In this document: in pieces, positions 28,012 through 37,906 of the stretch
Position numbering within the stretch: position 1 is the stretch's first letter
How the letters are laid out: each line of letters begins with the position of its first letter
Source: an uncultured bacterium
GTDB taxonomy: Bacteria; Fidelibacterota; Marinisomatia; Marinisomatales; UBA1611
Direction: 5' to 3'
NCBI GenBank assembly: GCA_965660855.1
Contig: CBFIBM010000006.1
Location: 32,001 to 96,000 of the forward strand
Length of the DNA: 64,000 nucleotides
Notes under the pieces: model-generated
Told to the model about the DNA's origin: nothing
Database searches by the model: none
Seen by the model: only the letters and a program-made list of their open reading frames with translations
Position numbers and translations under genes: made by a program

Positions 28012-28992
28012 ATGAAAAATATAGATATAAAATCAATTGCAAAAAATGTAATAAAAATAGAATCCGATGCTGTTTCACTTCTAGAAGATCGTATCGATGA
28101 TATTTTTGAATCTGCTGTGAGAACTTTATTGAAATGTAAAGGACGCTTAATTATTTCAGGTATGGGAAAATCGGGAATAATTTCTCAAAAAATTGCATCT
28201 ACAATGTCATCAACCGGCACGCCAGCTTATTTTGTACATCCAAGTGAAGCGATACATGGAGATCTAGGGATGATTACGGGTCAAGATGTTATAATACTAT
28301 TAAGTAATAGTGGAGAGACTTCAGAACTCATTCAAATATTGCCTGCCTTACAGAAAAAAAAAGTTACTATCATTGGCTTGATTGGAAAAGCGGGATCAAC
28401 ATTATCAAATGAAGCAAATATCTTCTTAAATACCTCAGTCAAAAAAGAAGCTTGTACGTTAGATCTTGCTCCAACAGCTAGTACCACTGCAACGCTAGCA
28501 ATGGGTGATGCCTTAGCGATATCATTATTAGAACTACGAGGTTTTAATAAAGAAAATTTTGCTGAATTACATCCAGGAGGAATACTTGGGAAAAAATTAT
28601 TATTGACGATAAATCACCTTGTACACATTGGAGAAGACCTACCTTTTGTAGAAACATCAACAAAGATAAAAGAGGTCCTATTAACTATATCTGAAAAAGG
28701 TCTAGGTGTTACGGGTGTTTTAAATAAAGATAAAGAGTTGGTTGGAATTATAACAGATGGTGATATTCGAAGGGGAATTGAAAAAAATTATGATAATTTT
28801 TTTGATCAGCCAGCAGAATTAATAATGTCAAAAGACCCAAAAATAATCAATTCAAATACTCTCGCAATTTCAGCCCTTAAAACAATGGAAAAATATTCTA
28901 TTACAAGTCTCTTTGTTTTTTCAGATCAAACTCTAAAAAAACCAGATGGGATAATCCATATCCATGACATACTCAAATCAGGAATTAAATAG
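28012..28992 (+). CDS. kdsD: Arabinose-5-phosphate isomerase (KpsF/GutQ family, SIS + CBS)
   Basis: GMGKSG, STGTPA.F.HP.EA.HGDLG, SNSGET, LAPTASTT..LAMGDALA, HPGG.LG, CBS pair. Confidence 0.93.
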   Translation: MKNIDIKSIAKNVIKIESDAVSLLEDRIDDIFESAVRTLLKCKGRLIISGMGKSGIISQKIASTMSSTGTPAYFVHPSEAIHGDLGMITGQDVIILLSNSGETSELIQILPALQKKKVTIIGLIGKAGSTLSNEANIFLNTSVKKEACTLDLAPTASTTATLAMGDALAISLLELRGFNKENFAELHPGGILGKKLLLTINHLVHIGEDLPFVETSTKIKEVLLTISEKGLGVTGVLNKDKELVGIITDGDIRRGIEKNYDNFFDQPAELIMSKDPKIINSNTLAISALKTMEKYSITSLFVFSDQTLKKPDGIIHIHDILKSGIK

Positions 28993-29006
28993 TTATATTA
29001 TAAGTA

Positions 29007-29396
29007 GTGAAAAAAAAAATTATACTTGCTCTATTATTCTTTTTTATTAGTTGTAGTAAAAAAGAATCAGTAAATATATATAAAACAAATCAATACCTTA
29101 ATCTTAATGAAAAAGATAAAATAATTGGTGAATCCGTATGGGCAACTTCCTGTTTCCGTTGCCATATGTATGGGTCGAACGGAGCAAATGCACTCGATGA
29201 TAAGGAATATTGGGATAAAACAGCTGAAAAAGGTCTAGAAGATCTGTTTAAAAGTGTTTGGGAGGGAAAATATGGAGAAGAAGGCGCAATGCCACCAAAA
29301 GGTCTATGCCCTTCTTGTTCTGAAGATCAAATCGAAAAATCTATACTATATTTATTCAAACTCACTGAATTGAATGAATCGGCTGACTCTTTATAA
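29007..29396 (+). CDS. Cytochrome c5-like monoheme lipoprotein
   Basis: FFISC lipobox; CFRCH heme site; GAMPPKGLCPSCS with Met ligand and c5-type CxxC. Confidence 0.85.
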   Translation: MKKKIILALLFFFISCSKKESVNIYKTNQYLNLNEKDKIIGESVWATSCFRCHMYGSNGANALDDKEYWDKTAEKGLEDLFKSVWEGKYGEEGAMPPKGLCPSCSEDQIEKSILYLFKLTELNESADSL

Positions 29397-29409
29397 GTCT
29401 TTTATTCTA

Positions 29410-31746
29410 TTAACCCTTAAAAAGAGTTGAACTTTCTACAGCATCCGCTAAGTTTCTGGCAACTTTAAGAAAAGTTGATACATTCATCTCCTTCAAATAA
29501 ACTGCTCCATGAACAGCTCGCAAATGTGGATTCTTATTGCGATACCAATAATCTCTTCCCAGTATTAGCTGTAAATCTCTATGTTGATTTACCCAGATTT
29601 TTTGTGATAATTCTGAAAAAGGCCCATCATATTCATAGCTAGGAAAAGAAGCATCTTTCTGGCTTAGATAGCAATTCATAAAAGTAGAATTCATTATTGC
29701 AAGAGAGTTTAATGTTACGGGAACTATAATATCAGCCTCAGCTAAATCAAACTTATACCAAACATTCCTGTAACCCCAAATACGTAAGTTTGACAAATCC
29801 TTTGTCTTGCTCCATTGCCGTACCGCTTCAGCTATTGTCTGTAAGACTTTATAATGAGTGTCAGGACCACTACCTTCTGGATCTAAGGCTAAAGAAATTA
29901 CTGTGGGATTTATTAATTTTAATTGCTCGAGAACGGGAGCAACATCTCTTGCATTTTCTGGTTGTTCTGTAAATATTTCACCTTGGTAAAATCCTAATCT
30001 TAAATGATGGATATCTTTAACTCTTACTCCAAAATTTGCCCAAACTAATTCTTCTTCATATTCACGAACCATTCCTTTCAGTTTTTGAATTTTTGATGAA
30101 TTTTTTTGTCCATCATAACTATCATCTAATTCACTAATAATCCTCCCTAACTGACTTTTTAATTCAGATCTACTTTTTACATCATAAATTTCGATTATAG
30201 CTCGTACAATACGATGTGATAATCCCCTAACCTGACCTTCTTTATCATTGTTAGCAATTTTATCAAGATAGTGATATACGTCCTTATCCCAACGTTTTTT
30301 ATAACCATCAGTAAAAAAATCTTCGTAATATATCATTTGGATTTTTTTTTGAGATATTAGATGTAAAGTATTTTTAATTATCCTTTTTATAAAATCATTT
30401 GTGACGCTGGTAAAACCTGATGTCATGTTAGTAAAGATATGCTTATTAGTTGGTTCTCGAATAAGATGTATTATTTGTGGCATCATACCCAGCATAATAT
30501 CATCATGATGTGGGCCTGTATGATAATAAACTTGGTTTTTTTCTTGTTTTATACCTTTTTCTACTTTTCTATGAATACTATCAACAATATCACTAACAGT
30601 AGAATCTGATAGATTTGGTATCATCCTGCAAATTTTATCTTGTTTTAAATCTTTTAAACTTAATTTTTTCCCATAGATTTTTTTCTTACTAGCAAGAGTA
30701 TATAAAGCTTTCTGGCTCCTTCTTATACCCCAATTTTTGCTATCCCAATACCTATTTTTAATATTAGTTAATTGTTTTGTTGCACCAGTGGTTAAGAAAA
30801 AACGACTATTCCTTAATTCCTGAAGGGAGGTTGCTGGATATTTGATATTTGGTTCTGATTCAATAGATTTTTGTATTATAGAAGACTTTGCTTCCCCAGC
30901 AGCTATAATAATTGCAGTAACATCTTTATTATGCCTGATTGTACCGAGACCAATGGTAATCACTAATCTATTTTTACTTATTTCAATACCTCCCAAGTCT
31001 GCAGCTGCAGCAGCTTGAGTTTCAAAGTTTGTCTCTGTTAATCTTGTTGTCGAATTATGATCAGACCCTTTTACATTAAAAGCAATATGCCCATCGGGTC
31101 CAATACCACCTAAGAAGAAACCTATTCCTCCTAAAGATTGAATTTTCGCTTCGTAATCATTACACCATTGGTCTATACAATAAATAGATTCTTGCTGCTT
31201 CTGTTCAAAAGAAGATGTTGGATTTCTATACCTTAAACTGAGATCAATCTTCCTATCTGGAAATATATCCTCCCATTTTTTATTTTTATAGAGTGCGATA
31301 TTATTGCAATTAATTAAAAGTGCTTTTTCAAAGGACATATTAAAACCATCTAAATAAAAATGTTTAACATAATCAAAAAAACTATTTTTTTGATCTGGAT
31401 TGAGGGGATAGAACTCATCGATTTGAACAAATCTTAGATTAGTTAGATTTGGTTTTTTCTTATGCTTGAAATCATATTTTCTTAATAAGGATTGTACTTT
31501 CTTATCACTCCAATTATTTAGTAAATGGTGGGTCCATTTTATAAAATATTCAGGTGTTTTCCCAGTTGGCAAACTTATGACACCTTCTGGATTTTCAATA
31601 GCCCATTCCAAAAATCTTAAAGATGTTAATAATCCAAGATCTGGAAAGTTATCAACTATTAAATATGGAATTTTTGAATACTTATCATTGAATTCATTTT
31701 TAGAAAGAAATGCTCTTTCCATCGGAGACCAATTTATATTTTTCAT
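29410..31746 (-). CDS. nagB: Glucosamine-6-phosphate deaminase fused to a PIG-L/LmbE-like deacetylase domain
   Basis: LPTGKTP, IDEFYP, GGIGPDGHIAFN, ITIGLGTI; second domain GPHHDDIMLG...DPEGSGPDTH. Confidence 0.87.
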   Translation of the reverse strand: MKNINWSPMERAFLSKNEFNDKYSKIPYLIVDNFPDLGLLTSLRFLEWAIENPEGVISLPTGKTPEYFIKWTHHLLNNWSDKKVQSLLRKYDFKHKKKPNLTNLRFVQIDEFYPLNPDQKNSFFDYVKHFYLDGFNMSFEKALLINCNNIALYKNKKWEDIFPDRKIDLSLRYRNPTSSFEQKQQESIYCIDQWCNDYEAKIQSLGGIGFFLGGIGPDGHIAFNVKGSDHNSTTRLTETNFETQAAAAADLGGIEISKNRLVITIGLGTIRHNKDVTAIIIAAGEAKSSIIQKSIESEPNIKYPATSLQELRNSRFFLTTGATKQLTNIKNRYWDSKNWGIRRSQKALYTLASKKKIYGKKLSLKDLKQDKICRMIPNLSDSTVSDIVDSIHRKVEKGIKQEKNQVYYHTGPHHDDIMLGMMPQIIHLIREPTNKHIFTNMTSGFTSVTNDFIKRIIKNTLHLISQKKIQMIYYEDFFTDGYKKRWDKDVYHYLDKIANNDKEGQVRGLSHRIVRAIIEIYDVKSRSELKSQLGRIISELDDSYDGQKNSSKIQKLKGMVREYEEELVWANFGVRVKDIHHLRLGFYQGEIFTEQPENARDVAPVLEQLKLINPTVISLALDPEGSGPDTHYKVLQTIAEAVRQWSKTKDLSNLRIWGYRNVWYKFDLAEADIIVPVTLNSLAIMNSTFMNCYLSQKDASFPSYEYDGPFSELSQKIWVNQHRDLQLILGRDYWYRNKNPHLRAVHGAVYLKEMNVSTFLKVARNLADAVESSTLFKG

Positions 31747-31747
31747 T

Positions 31748-33118
31748 TTATTTTAAATATATTATTTTTTCGACAGTTTGAATATTTTTGCTAGTTGCTT
31801 TTATAAAAAAGACACCTGAACTAGGTTTTGGATAAATATTTTTCATATCCCATTTTAAATAAAATTTTCCATTTGAAAGTTTTCGATTTAGCAATTCACC
31901 AATCAGCCTTCCATTTAAAGATATAAGCTGAATAGAAATCTTTTCTGAAGACTGAATATCTAATTCAATAGTATTCTCAGAGTTGAACGGGTTTGGATAA
32001 GATCTCATAGAAAGTGTTTCAGGGAAAAAATCACTAGATTCATGATTCAGTGATAAATAATTTTGATCGATGGACTGAATTAGTTTCTGTTCACCTTCTA
32101 CTAAATCGTAGCTTAATGCCCAAATCATGACGCCACCTAAATTTTGATTATGTGCAAATTCACATTTATATTTAATTGATTCACTATCATCAAAAGTTAT
32201 AATTTTTGTTTGATCATTTTTTTTTAAGTATGGAGCATAAGCAGTGTAATCCCACTCATAACTCCATCCATTATCAATTAAATTTGGGACTTCTTTATAT
32301 AACTTATCTACTACATTTCCTGTAAAAGGCATATTAATATCTGAAGCATTATACTGTTTTCCCCAAAAAGGTAATCCTAAATTAATTTGATTGGAAGGTA
32401 TCCCCCTTGTATTCGCTAAATAATTAATACCAGTTTCGCATGAACCATCAGGGTCTCCTACCGGGGATGAGTAAAGTGGAGAATTATGCCCAGCATGACT
32501 GGTCCAACCACCATGTATGTCATAAGTCATTGCATTAAAATAATCGATATAAAATCTCAAAAATGAAAAATCGTACCATTGTCCTGACCAATTTGAAATA
32601 GGAACTGCCATTGTAATTAGTAATTCTGGATTATGTTGATAAAATACAGAATCCATTTCAGCAATTAAAAAATTTAAATTTTGACGATCTTCATTGGAAG
32701 TAGGATGTTCCCAATCCATATCAATCCCATTATAGCCATAGGTGTCTATAACCTCTAGTAAATTATTAATAAATACAGATCTTAACTCATACGATTCTAC
32801 AACTGTACGAAATCCTGCATCATTACCCCAGCCACCTAAAGAAAGTAATATTTTAGATCCATTTTCTTGAACCATTTCACATAGATTAGAATCGAACATA
32901 TTATTATAAGATAAAATATTACCATTTTGATCTGGCCATGCAAATGCGTGGTTAATATGAGTCACCACGTTATAATCAATTGAACTAATTGACATTTGAT
33001 CTGATACCCAATGAGGGTAGTAACCTACAACTCGTTGGGTATAAATTTTACTTGAATAAAATAAAATAAAAAGTATAAAAGAATACTTTGAAAAAATTAA
33101 TTTTATAAAGGCTTTTAT
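31748..33118 (-). CDS. GH18 chitinase-like glycoside hydrolase with a T9SS-type C-terminal domain
   Basis: THINHAFA, SLGGWG, NGIDMDWE (DxDxE), AMTYD, LGLPFWG, LGGVMIWAL; CTD YPNPFN...KIIYLK. The frame stays open upstream of ATG 32995 through RVVGYYPHW and a signal-like stretch. Exact start uncertain. Confidence 0.88.
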   Translation of the reverse strand: MKAFIKLIFSKYSFILFILFYSSKIYTQRVVGYYPHWVSDQMSISSIDYNVVTHINHAFAWPDQNGNILSYNNMFDSNLCEMVQENGSKILLSLGGWGNDAGFRTVVESYELRSVFINNLLEVIDTYGYNGIDMDWEHPTSNEDRQNLNFLIAEMDSVFYQHNPELLITMAVPISNWSGQWYDFSFLRFYIDYFNAMTYDIHGGWTSHAGHNSPLYSSPVGDPDGSCETGINYLANTRGIPSNQINLGLPFWGKQYNASDINMPFTGNVVDKLYKEVPNLIDNGWSYEWDYTAYAPYLKKNDQTKIITFDDSESIKYKCEFAHNQNLGGVMIWALSYDLVEGEQKLIQSIDQNYLSLNHESSDFFPETLSMRSYPNPFNSENTIELDIQSSEKISIQLISLNGRLIGELLNRKLSNGKFYLKWDMKNIYPKPSSGVFFIKATSKNIQTVEKIIYLK

Positions 33119-33211
33119 TGTAATAATAATTTTATTTTTGATAAATGAAATTATGCTAATATTTTATAATTTCGTAACTGTTTCTTGATTAGATGAATTT
33201 TAAAATAAATC

Positions 33212-34651
33212 ATGGATAACATAAATAAATCGTTAATAAATCTCAACTTTCATATTAAAATAAAATTTTTTACCCTAATAATTTTTATTTCCTTATCTTG
33301 CTCATCAAATCTAAGAATTTTAGAATTAAAAAAATCATATTTCATTCAAGAAAAGATTGAGAATATTCTAAAAAGACTTGAATTAAATACTTCTACTGGT
33401 ATTAAAATAATATCGTTAGGGTCAAAAAAAGTTTTATTTTCAAAAAATGAAAAAAAGCTCTTTTCACCGGCTAGTAATATGAAGCTTTTAACTAGTGCAG
33501 CAGCAATTGAGATCTTAACTCCTAATTATAAATTTAAAACAATAGTTTATAATCATAAAAATAATATTATTTTTTCAGGAAGTGGGGACCCCACATTTGA
33601 ACATAGGCATCTTGATTCATTAGCAAAAATTATTAGCTTAAAATTTAAAAATATTGATACTCTATTTATTGAAACAAAAAAAATGGATAGTCTCGAGTAC
33701 GGAAATGGATGGATGTGGGATGAAGGTTCGGAAGAGTATTCAGCAGCGATAAATACATTTATAGTAGATAAAAATTGTATTACTTTTGAATGTCTACCAA
33801 GCACTATTGGAAGACCTGCAATAATACAATTTACGCCACACATGGATGAAGTTATCATAGATAATGTATCTTTAACCGTGAACGACACTTTAGATTTTTT
33901 AAAGCTAAAAATTGAACGAGACTGGTTAAATCAAAAAAATAATTTTTCTATTTTTGGGGAGATTAAAGTAGATAGCAAACCCGATACCTTAATAAAAAAT
34001 ATTTATAACCCCAATTTGTTCAATGCTAAACTTTTTAAGAAATACTTAATATCTTATGGTTTAGAAGTAGACGAAATAAGAATGATTAGAAAATGGGAAA
34101 AAAAAATGGATACTTTAGCCATTCATGAGTCTAAAAATTTAAGTGTTATCATAGAGAAAATGATGCATGAAAGTGATAATCAGATTGCCGAAGTCTTAAT
34201 TAGGACATTAGGTTTAAAAAATTATCAAAATGGTTCTGCAAAATATGGAATAAAATCAGTTAAAAGCTTTATGTTTGATAAGGCAAAAATTGATACATCC
34301 TCATTGCGTATGGCAGATGGTTCAGGTCTATCTAGATATAACTTATTAAGTGTCGATCAAATAATAAATCTGCTAAGCTATATGGATAAATCACCTCAAA
34401 GTAAGACTTTCAAACGTTCTCTTCCAAATGGTGGGGAGAGAGGTAGTCGTTTAGAAAATCGCATGATTAGTTTTGGAGAAAAAGTTATGGCAAAAACTGG
34501 GGGACTCTCCGGTGTTTCTTCCCTATCAGGTTATTTAGATTCTGAAAGCTTAGGCCCATTAGCTTTTTCAATTATCATGAATGGATATGTCGGCTCCTCC
34601 GATCCTTACAGGCTACTTCAAGACGAGATTTGTGAGGTCTTCACAAAATAA
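33212..34651 (+). CDS. dacB: D-Ala-D-Ala carboxypeptidase/endopeptidase PBP4 (peptidase S13)
   Basis: PASNMK (SxxK), GSGDP, SDN, DGSGLSRYN, AKTG. Confidence 0.92.
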   Translation: MDNINKSLINLNFHIKIKFFTLIIFISLSCSSNLRILELKKSYFIQEKIENILKRLELNTSTGIKIISLGSKKVLFSKNEKKLFSPASNMKLLTSAAAIEILTPNYKFKTIVYNHKNNIIFSGSGDPTFEHRHLDSLAKIISLKFKNIDTLFIETKKMDSLEYGNGWMWDEGSEEYSAAINTFIVDKNCITFECLPSTIGRPAIIQFTPHMDEVIIDNVSLTVNDTLDFLKLKIERDWLNQKNNFSIFGEIKVDSKPDTLIKNIYNPNLFNAKLFKKYLISYGLEVDEIRMIRKWEKKMDTLAIHESKNLSVIIEKMMHESDNQIAEVLIRTLGLKNYQNGSAKYGIKSVKSFMFDKAKIDTSSLRMADGSGLSRYNLLSVDQIINLLSYMDKSPQSKTFKRSLPNGGERGSRLENRMISFGEKVMAKTGGLSGVSSLSGYLDSESLGPLAFSIIMNGYVGSSDPYRLLQDEICEVFTK

Positions 34652-34653
34652 CA

Positions 34654-35787
34654 ATGAAAGATTGCAGTTATATCAATTGTATATTTATTATACATCTTAT
34701 TTTTTTATCAAGTTGCAATAATGGCTTAAATGAGCAGAGAAATTTTAATAAAACATACTCTGAACTTCTATCTAAGTATGCACCTGATGAATCACTATCT
34801 ATTAATGAAATCTACCTAAAAACAAAAGACGGAAAGAATTTTATAATTGGGAAAACAAATGAAAAAGAGATTTATCAATCTCTAAAACAATACTCAGATT
34901 CAATGTCTTATCAATTCTTAGTTAAGATGTTACCTGACTCATCTATTCAAGATAGTATTTATGGAATAGTAAATCTCAGTGTTACTGCATTACGTGAAAA
35001 ACCAAAGCACTCATCGCAAATGGTAGACCAAGCGATTTTGGGTAATTATGTTCGATTATATGAAAAGATAGATGGTTGGTATTTATGCCAAACAGAGTAT
35101 AACTATGTTGGTTGGATAAATGAAACCGCAATTCATCTTTGTGATGAAAACACCTTAGCATTATGGACTACCAACTCTTTACGTATAATTTCGGTATTAA
35201 ATAGTACTTTATATTCAGAGCCTGATAAAAGTAGTCTTCCAGTTAGTGATTTAGTTTTGAATAATATAATTCAAAAAATTGACGTGATGAATGATTGGAG
35301 TAAATTTATTTTACCGGACGGTAGGATAGGGTTTTTACCTGATAGTGATTTTAACATTATCAAAATTGAAGAGAATAATGATAGTGACATTAAAATTATT
35401 GAAAAAGCTAAAAGTCTATTAGGAACTCCTTATCTATGGGGTGGAAATTCGACAAAGGGTAATGATTGCTCTGGATTCACACAGTTATTATTTAAATCGG
35501 AAGGAATTTTTTTACCTAGAGATGCCCGTCAACAAGCATCTCTTGGTAAAGAAATTAATATTAATGAACTTTTATTAGGAGATCTTCTCTTCTTCGGTAA
35601 TGGAGAAAAAATAACACATGTTGGAATAAGTTTAGGGCAGTACGATTATATTCATCAAGGCGGGAAAGTTGAAATTCACTCTTTAGATAAAAAATCTAAT
35701 ATTTATAATAAGTATAGAGCAAAGACTTTTATGTTTGCAAAAAGAATTCTTAGTAAAAACATACTTTATCCCTCTATTAAATCATAA
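34654..35787 (+). CDS. SH3b + NlpC/P60 gamma-D-glutamyl peptidase (YkfC-like)
   Basis: LSSC lipobox-like; two SH3b-like regions; GTPYLWGG, DCSGF, LPRDA.QQ, GDLLFF, HVGI. Confidence 0.9.
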   Translation: MKDCSYINCIFIIHLIFLSSCNNGLNEQRNFNKTYSELLSKYAPDESLSINEIYLKTKDGKNFIIGKTNEKEIYQSLKQYSDSMSYQFLVKMLPDSSIQDSIYGIVNLSVTALREKPKHSSQMVDQAILGNYVRLYEKIDGWYLCQTEYNYVGWINETAIHLCDENTLALWTTNSLRIISVLNSTLYSEPDKSSLPVSDLVLNNIIQKIDVMNDWSKFILPDGRIGFLPDSDFNIIKIEENNDSDIKIIEKAKSLLGTPYLWGGNSTKGNDCSGFTQLLFKSEGIFLPRDARQQASLGKEININELLLGDLLFFGNGEKITHVGISLGQYDYIHQGGKVEIHSLDKKSNIYNKYRAKTFMFAKRILSKNILYPSIKS

Positions 35788-36596
35788 AACATAACTCCAT
35801 CAAAGCGAAATTTTTCTTGAGTTTTTATATATTCTAATAAATCAATTTTGACAGTTTTTTCAAATTCAGATGATGCATGAAAAAGAAAAAAATTATCAAT
35901 CAAAAATCCCTCATGAGCAATAACAATACCGAGCTTAAAATAAGATCTTTTCACAAATGCAATACCACAAACTTCAGGTAATCTTTTTAATATCTTCTTA
36001 CTTAATACTTCTATTGGAAGAAATTTCAATTCTATCTTAGAAGTCCAACCTAAGTGAAGAAATTCACCACCATTTTCTTTTCTATTTAATTCAATATTTA
36101 ATACTTCCAGGCTGTCTCTTTGCACAATCCTTGGCGTAATATCCAACATTTTTGGATTATTCAATATTCTATCAGATGTAAAATGCCATCTAGACTTATA
36201 TGTTGGTATATGTAACCCGTTTTCATCTTTTTTATAATGAATTTTTTTCATAATGTTTCTAGCATCTAAGTAATTATCACTCTCTGCAAATGCAAGAGTT
36301 GTTAGTATATGAACAGTGCAATCAGAGGAATCATTTCTAATTATTGGGTCTTTATCAATTCCTGTTTCCTCTCCAAGACAAAAAAGACCATATGGCGTAT
36401 CTATTCTCCAATGATTAAAAGCTTTAAGACGTTCTTGATATTCGGGAAATCTTAATTTAAACTGTGGTAAAAAAACCTCAAATTCTTTTTCAGATAATGT
36501 ATGAGGTTTTGGTAAAGATTCAATCCATTTACTACGATCTGGTGCTTGCTTACATGAAAAATAAATTAGGTTAAGACATAAAAATAATTTATTCAT
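35766..36596 (-). CDS. DUF1460 N-acetylmuramoyl-L-alanine amidase-like lipoprotein (permuted NlpC/P60 superfamily)
   Basis: YFSC lipobox; TPY...LGE, DCTVH, R.HFTSD, HEGF, FHASS. Confidence 0.75.
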   Translation of the reverse strand: MNKLFLCLNLIYFSCKQAPDRSKWIESLPKPHTLSEKEFEVFLPQFKLRFPEYQERLKAFNHWRIDTPYGLFCLGEETGIDKDPIIRNDSSDCTVHILTTLAFAESDNYLDARNIMKKIHYKKDENGLHIPTYKSRWHFTSDRILNNPKMLDITPRIVQRDSLEVLNIELNRKENGGEFLHLGWTSKIELKFLPIEVLSKKILKRLPEVCGIAFVKRSYFKLGIVIAHEGFLIDNFFLFHASSEFEKTVKIDLLEYIKTQEKFRFDGVMFYDLIEG

Positions 36597-37872
36597 ATAA
36601 TTTATAGGGTTTTATTCTATTTCTAAAATGCTCTATATCTTTATCTACAATCTGCTTTATTAAATCATAATTACCTACCTCGGTTATTTTTTTTCTCAGA
36701 AGAGTACTCCCTAGAGCTTTATCAAACATACTGATACTGGAATTAGATGCTAAATTAAAAGGATCTTTATCAGGATAAAGCATATTATGGGTTTGTAAAA
36801 AATAAAATTGTATTGAAAATAAATTCACTTCATTTAAGTTTTCAAAATGTATTTGAATTCCATTAATAGACTGCCCTTTATATAAAGAATAATAAGGAAC
36901 AAAGTTAATAGGACGGAAGAAAACTCCTTTTAGATTTAATTTGTTCATTTTATCTGCTAATAAGTCAGAGTCAATCCAAGGAGCAGCAATTACCTGAAAT
37001 GGAATTGTATAACCAACTCCAACAGAAAAAACTCCTAGTTCACCTAAAATACCCGTAGCAACCATGTAGAATGGAGTTTCATGATAAGGAACATGCGGAG
37101 AAGTTGGGACCCATACACGGCCAGTTTCATTAAATTTTTGATCTCTAGACCAATTATTCATTTTTATTATTTTTAATTCGCACCTCTCATTTTTTTTCAA
37201 AAGCTCATTGTTTATATACAAAGCTAATTCACCACATGTTAATCCATAGACATACGGAATAGGGTACATACCTATAAATGACTTATTGTTCAAATCAAGA
37301 ATATTACCTTCAACTCTATTACCTCCAAATGGATTAGGTCTATCTAAAACAATAAATTTAATATTGTTTTCAGCAGCAGCTTTCATTGCTAATCCCAATG
37401 TTGAGATATAAGTGTAAGATCGTATTCCTAAATCCTGAATATCAAATATTAAAATATCTATGTCTTTTAACATTTCAGAAGTTGGTTTTTTTGTCTCACC
37501 ATACAATGAATAATAATTTAAACCCGTATCAAAATCATATGAGTTCAATATTTTTTTTCCTGCAATTTCGGTTCCTTTGAAACCATGTTCTGGACTAAAT
37601 ATCGCTTTCAATTCGATATTTGAAGAATTAATAAGTAGTTCAATATTTTGAGTTAAATTTTTATCAAGACCAGTTTGATTAGTTATTAATCCAATCTTTT
37701 TTCCTGATATAATATTAAAATTAGAATTAGAAAGAACGTCTAGACCAGTTTCAAATTTTTCCCTCGAAAAAATAATATCCTTCGGTTTAGGATTAAAAAA
37801 GCAGCTATTAAAAACAAATAACAGACTTAAAATTTTTATTAATTCTTTTTTTATTAAATAATATCTTTTCAT
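36589..37872 (-). CDS. namZ: Exo-beta-N-acetylmuramidase NamZ (DUF1343, GH171)
   Basis: GLITNQTG, FSPEHG, YSLYG, FDIQDLG.RSYTY, VLDRPNP, GLT.GELA, WVPTSP. Confidence 0.92.
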   Translation of the reverse strand: MKRYYLIKKELIKILSLLFVFNSCFFNPKPKDIIFSREKFETGLDVLSNSNFNIISGKKIGLITNQTGLDKNLTQNIELLINSSNIELKAIFSPEHGFKGTEIAGKKILNSYDFDTGLNYYSLYGETKKPTSEMLKDIDILIFDIQDLGIRSYTYISTLGLAMKAAAENNIKFIVLDRPNPFGGNRVEGNILDLNNKSFIGMYPIPYVYGLTCGELALYINNELLKKNERCELKIIKMNNWSRDQKFNETGRVWVPTSPHVPYHETPFYMVATGILGELGVFSVGVGYTIPFQVIAAPWIDSDLLADKMNKLNLKGVFFRPINFVPYYSLYKGQSINGIQIHFENLNEVNLFSIQFYFLQTHNMLYPDKDPFNLASNSSISMFDKALGSTLLRKKITEVGNYDLIKQIVDKDIEHFRNRIKPYKLYE

Positions 37873-37906
37873 TCAGGATTAAATTTATTCAAATTATCTT
37901 TTATAT

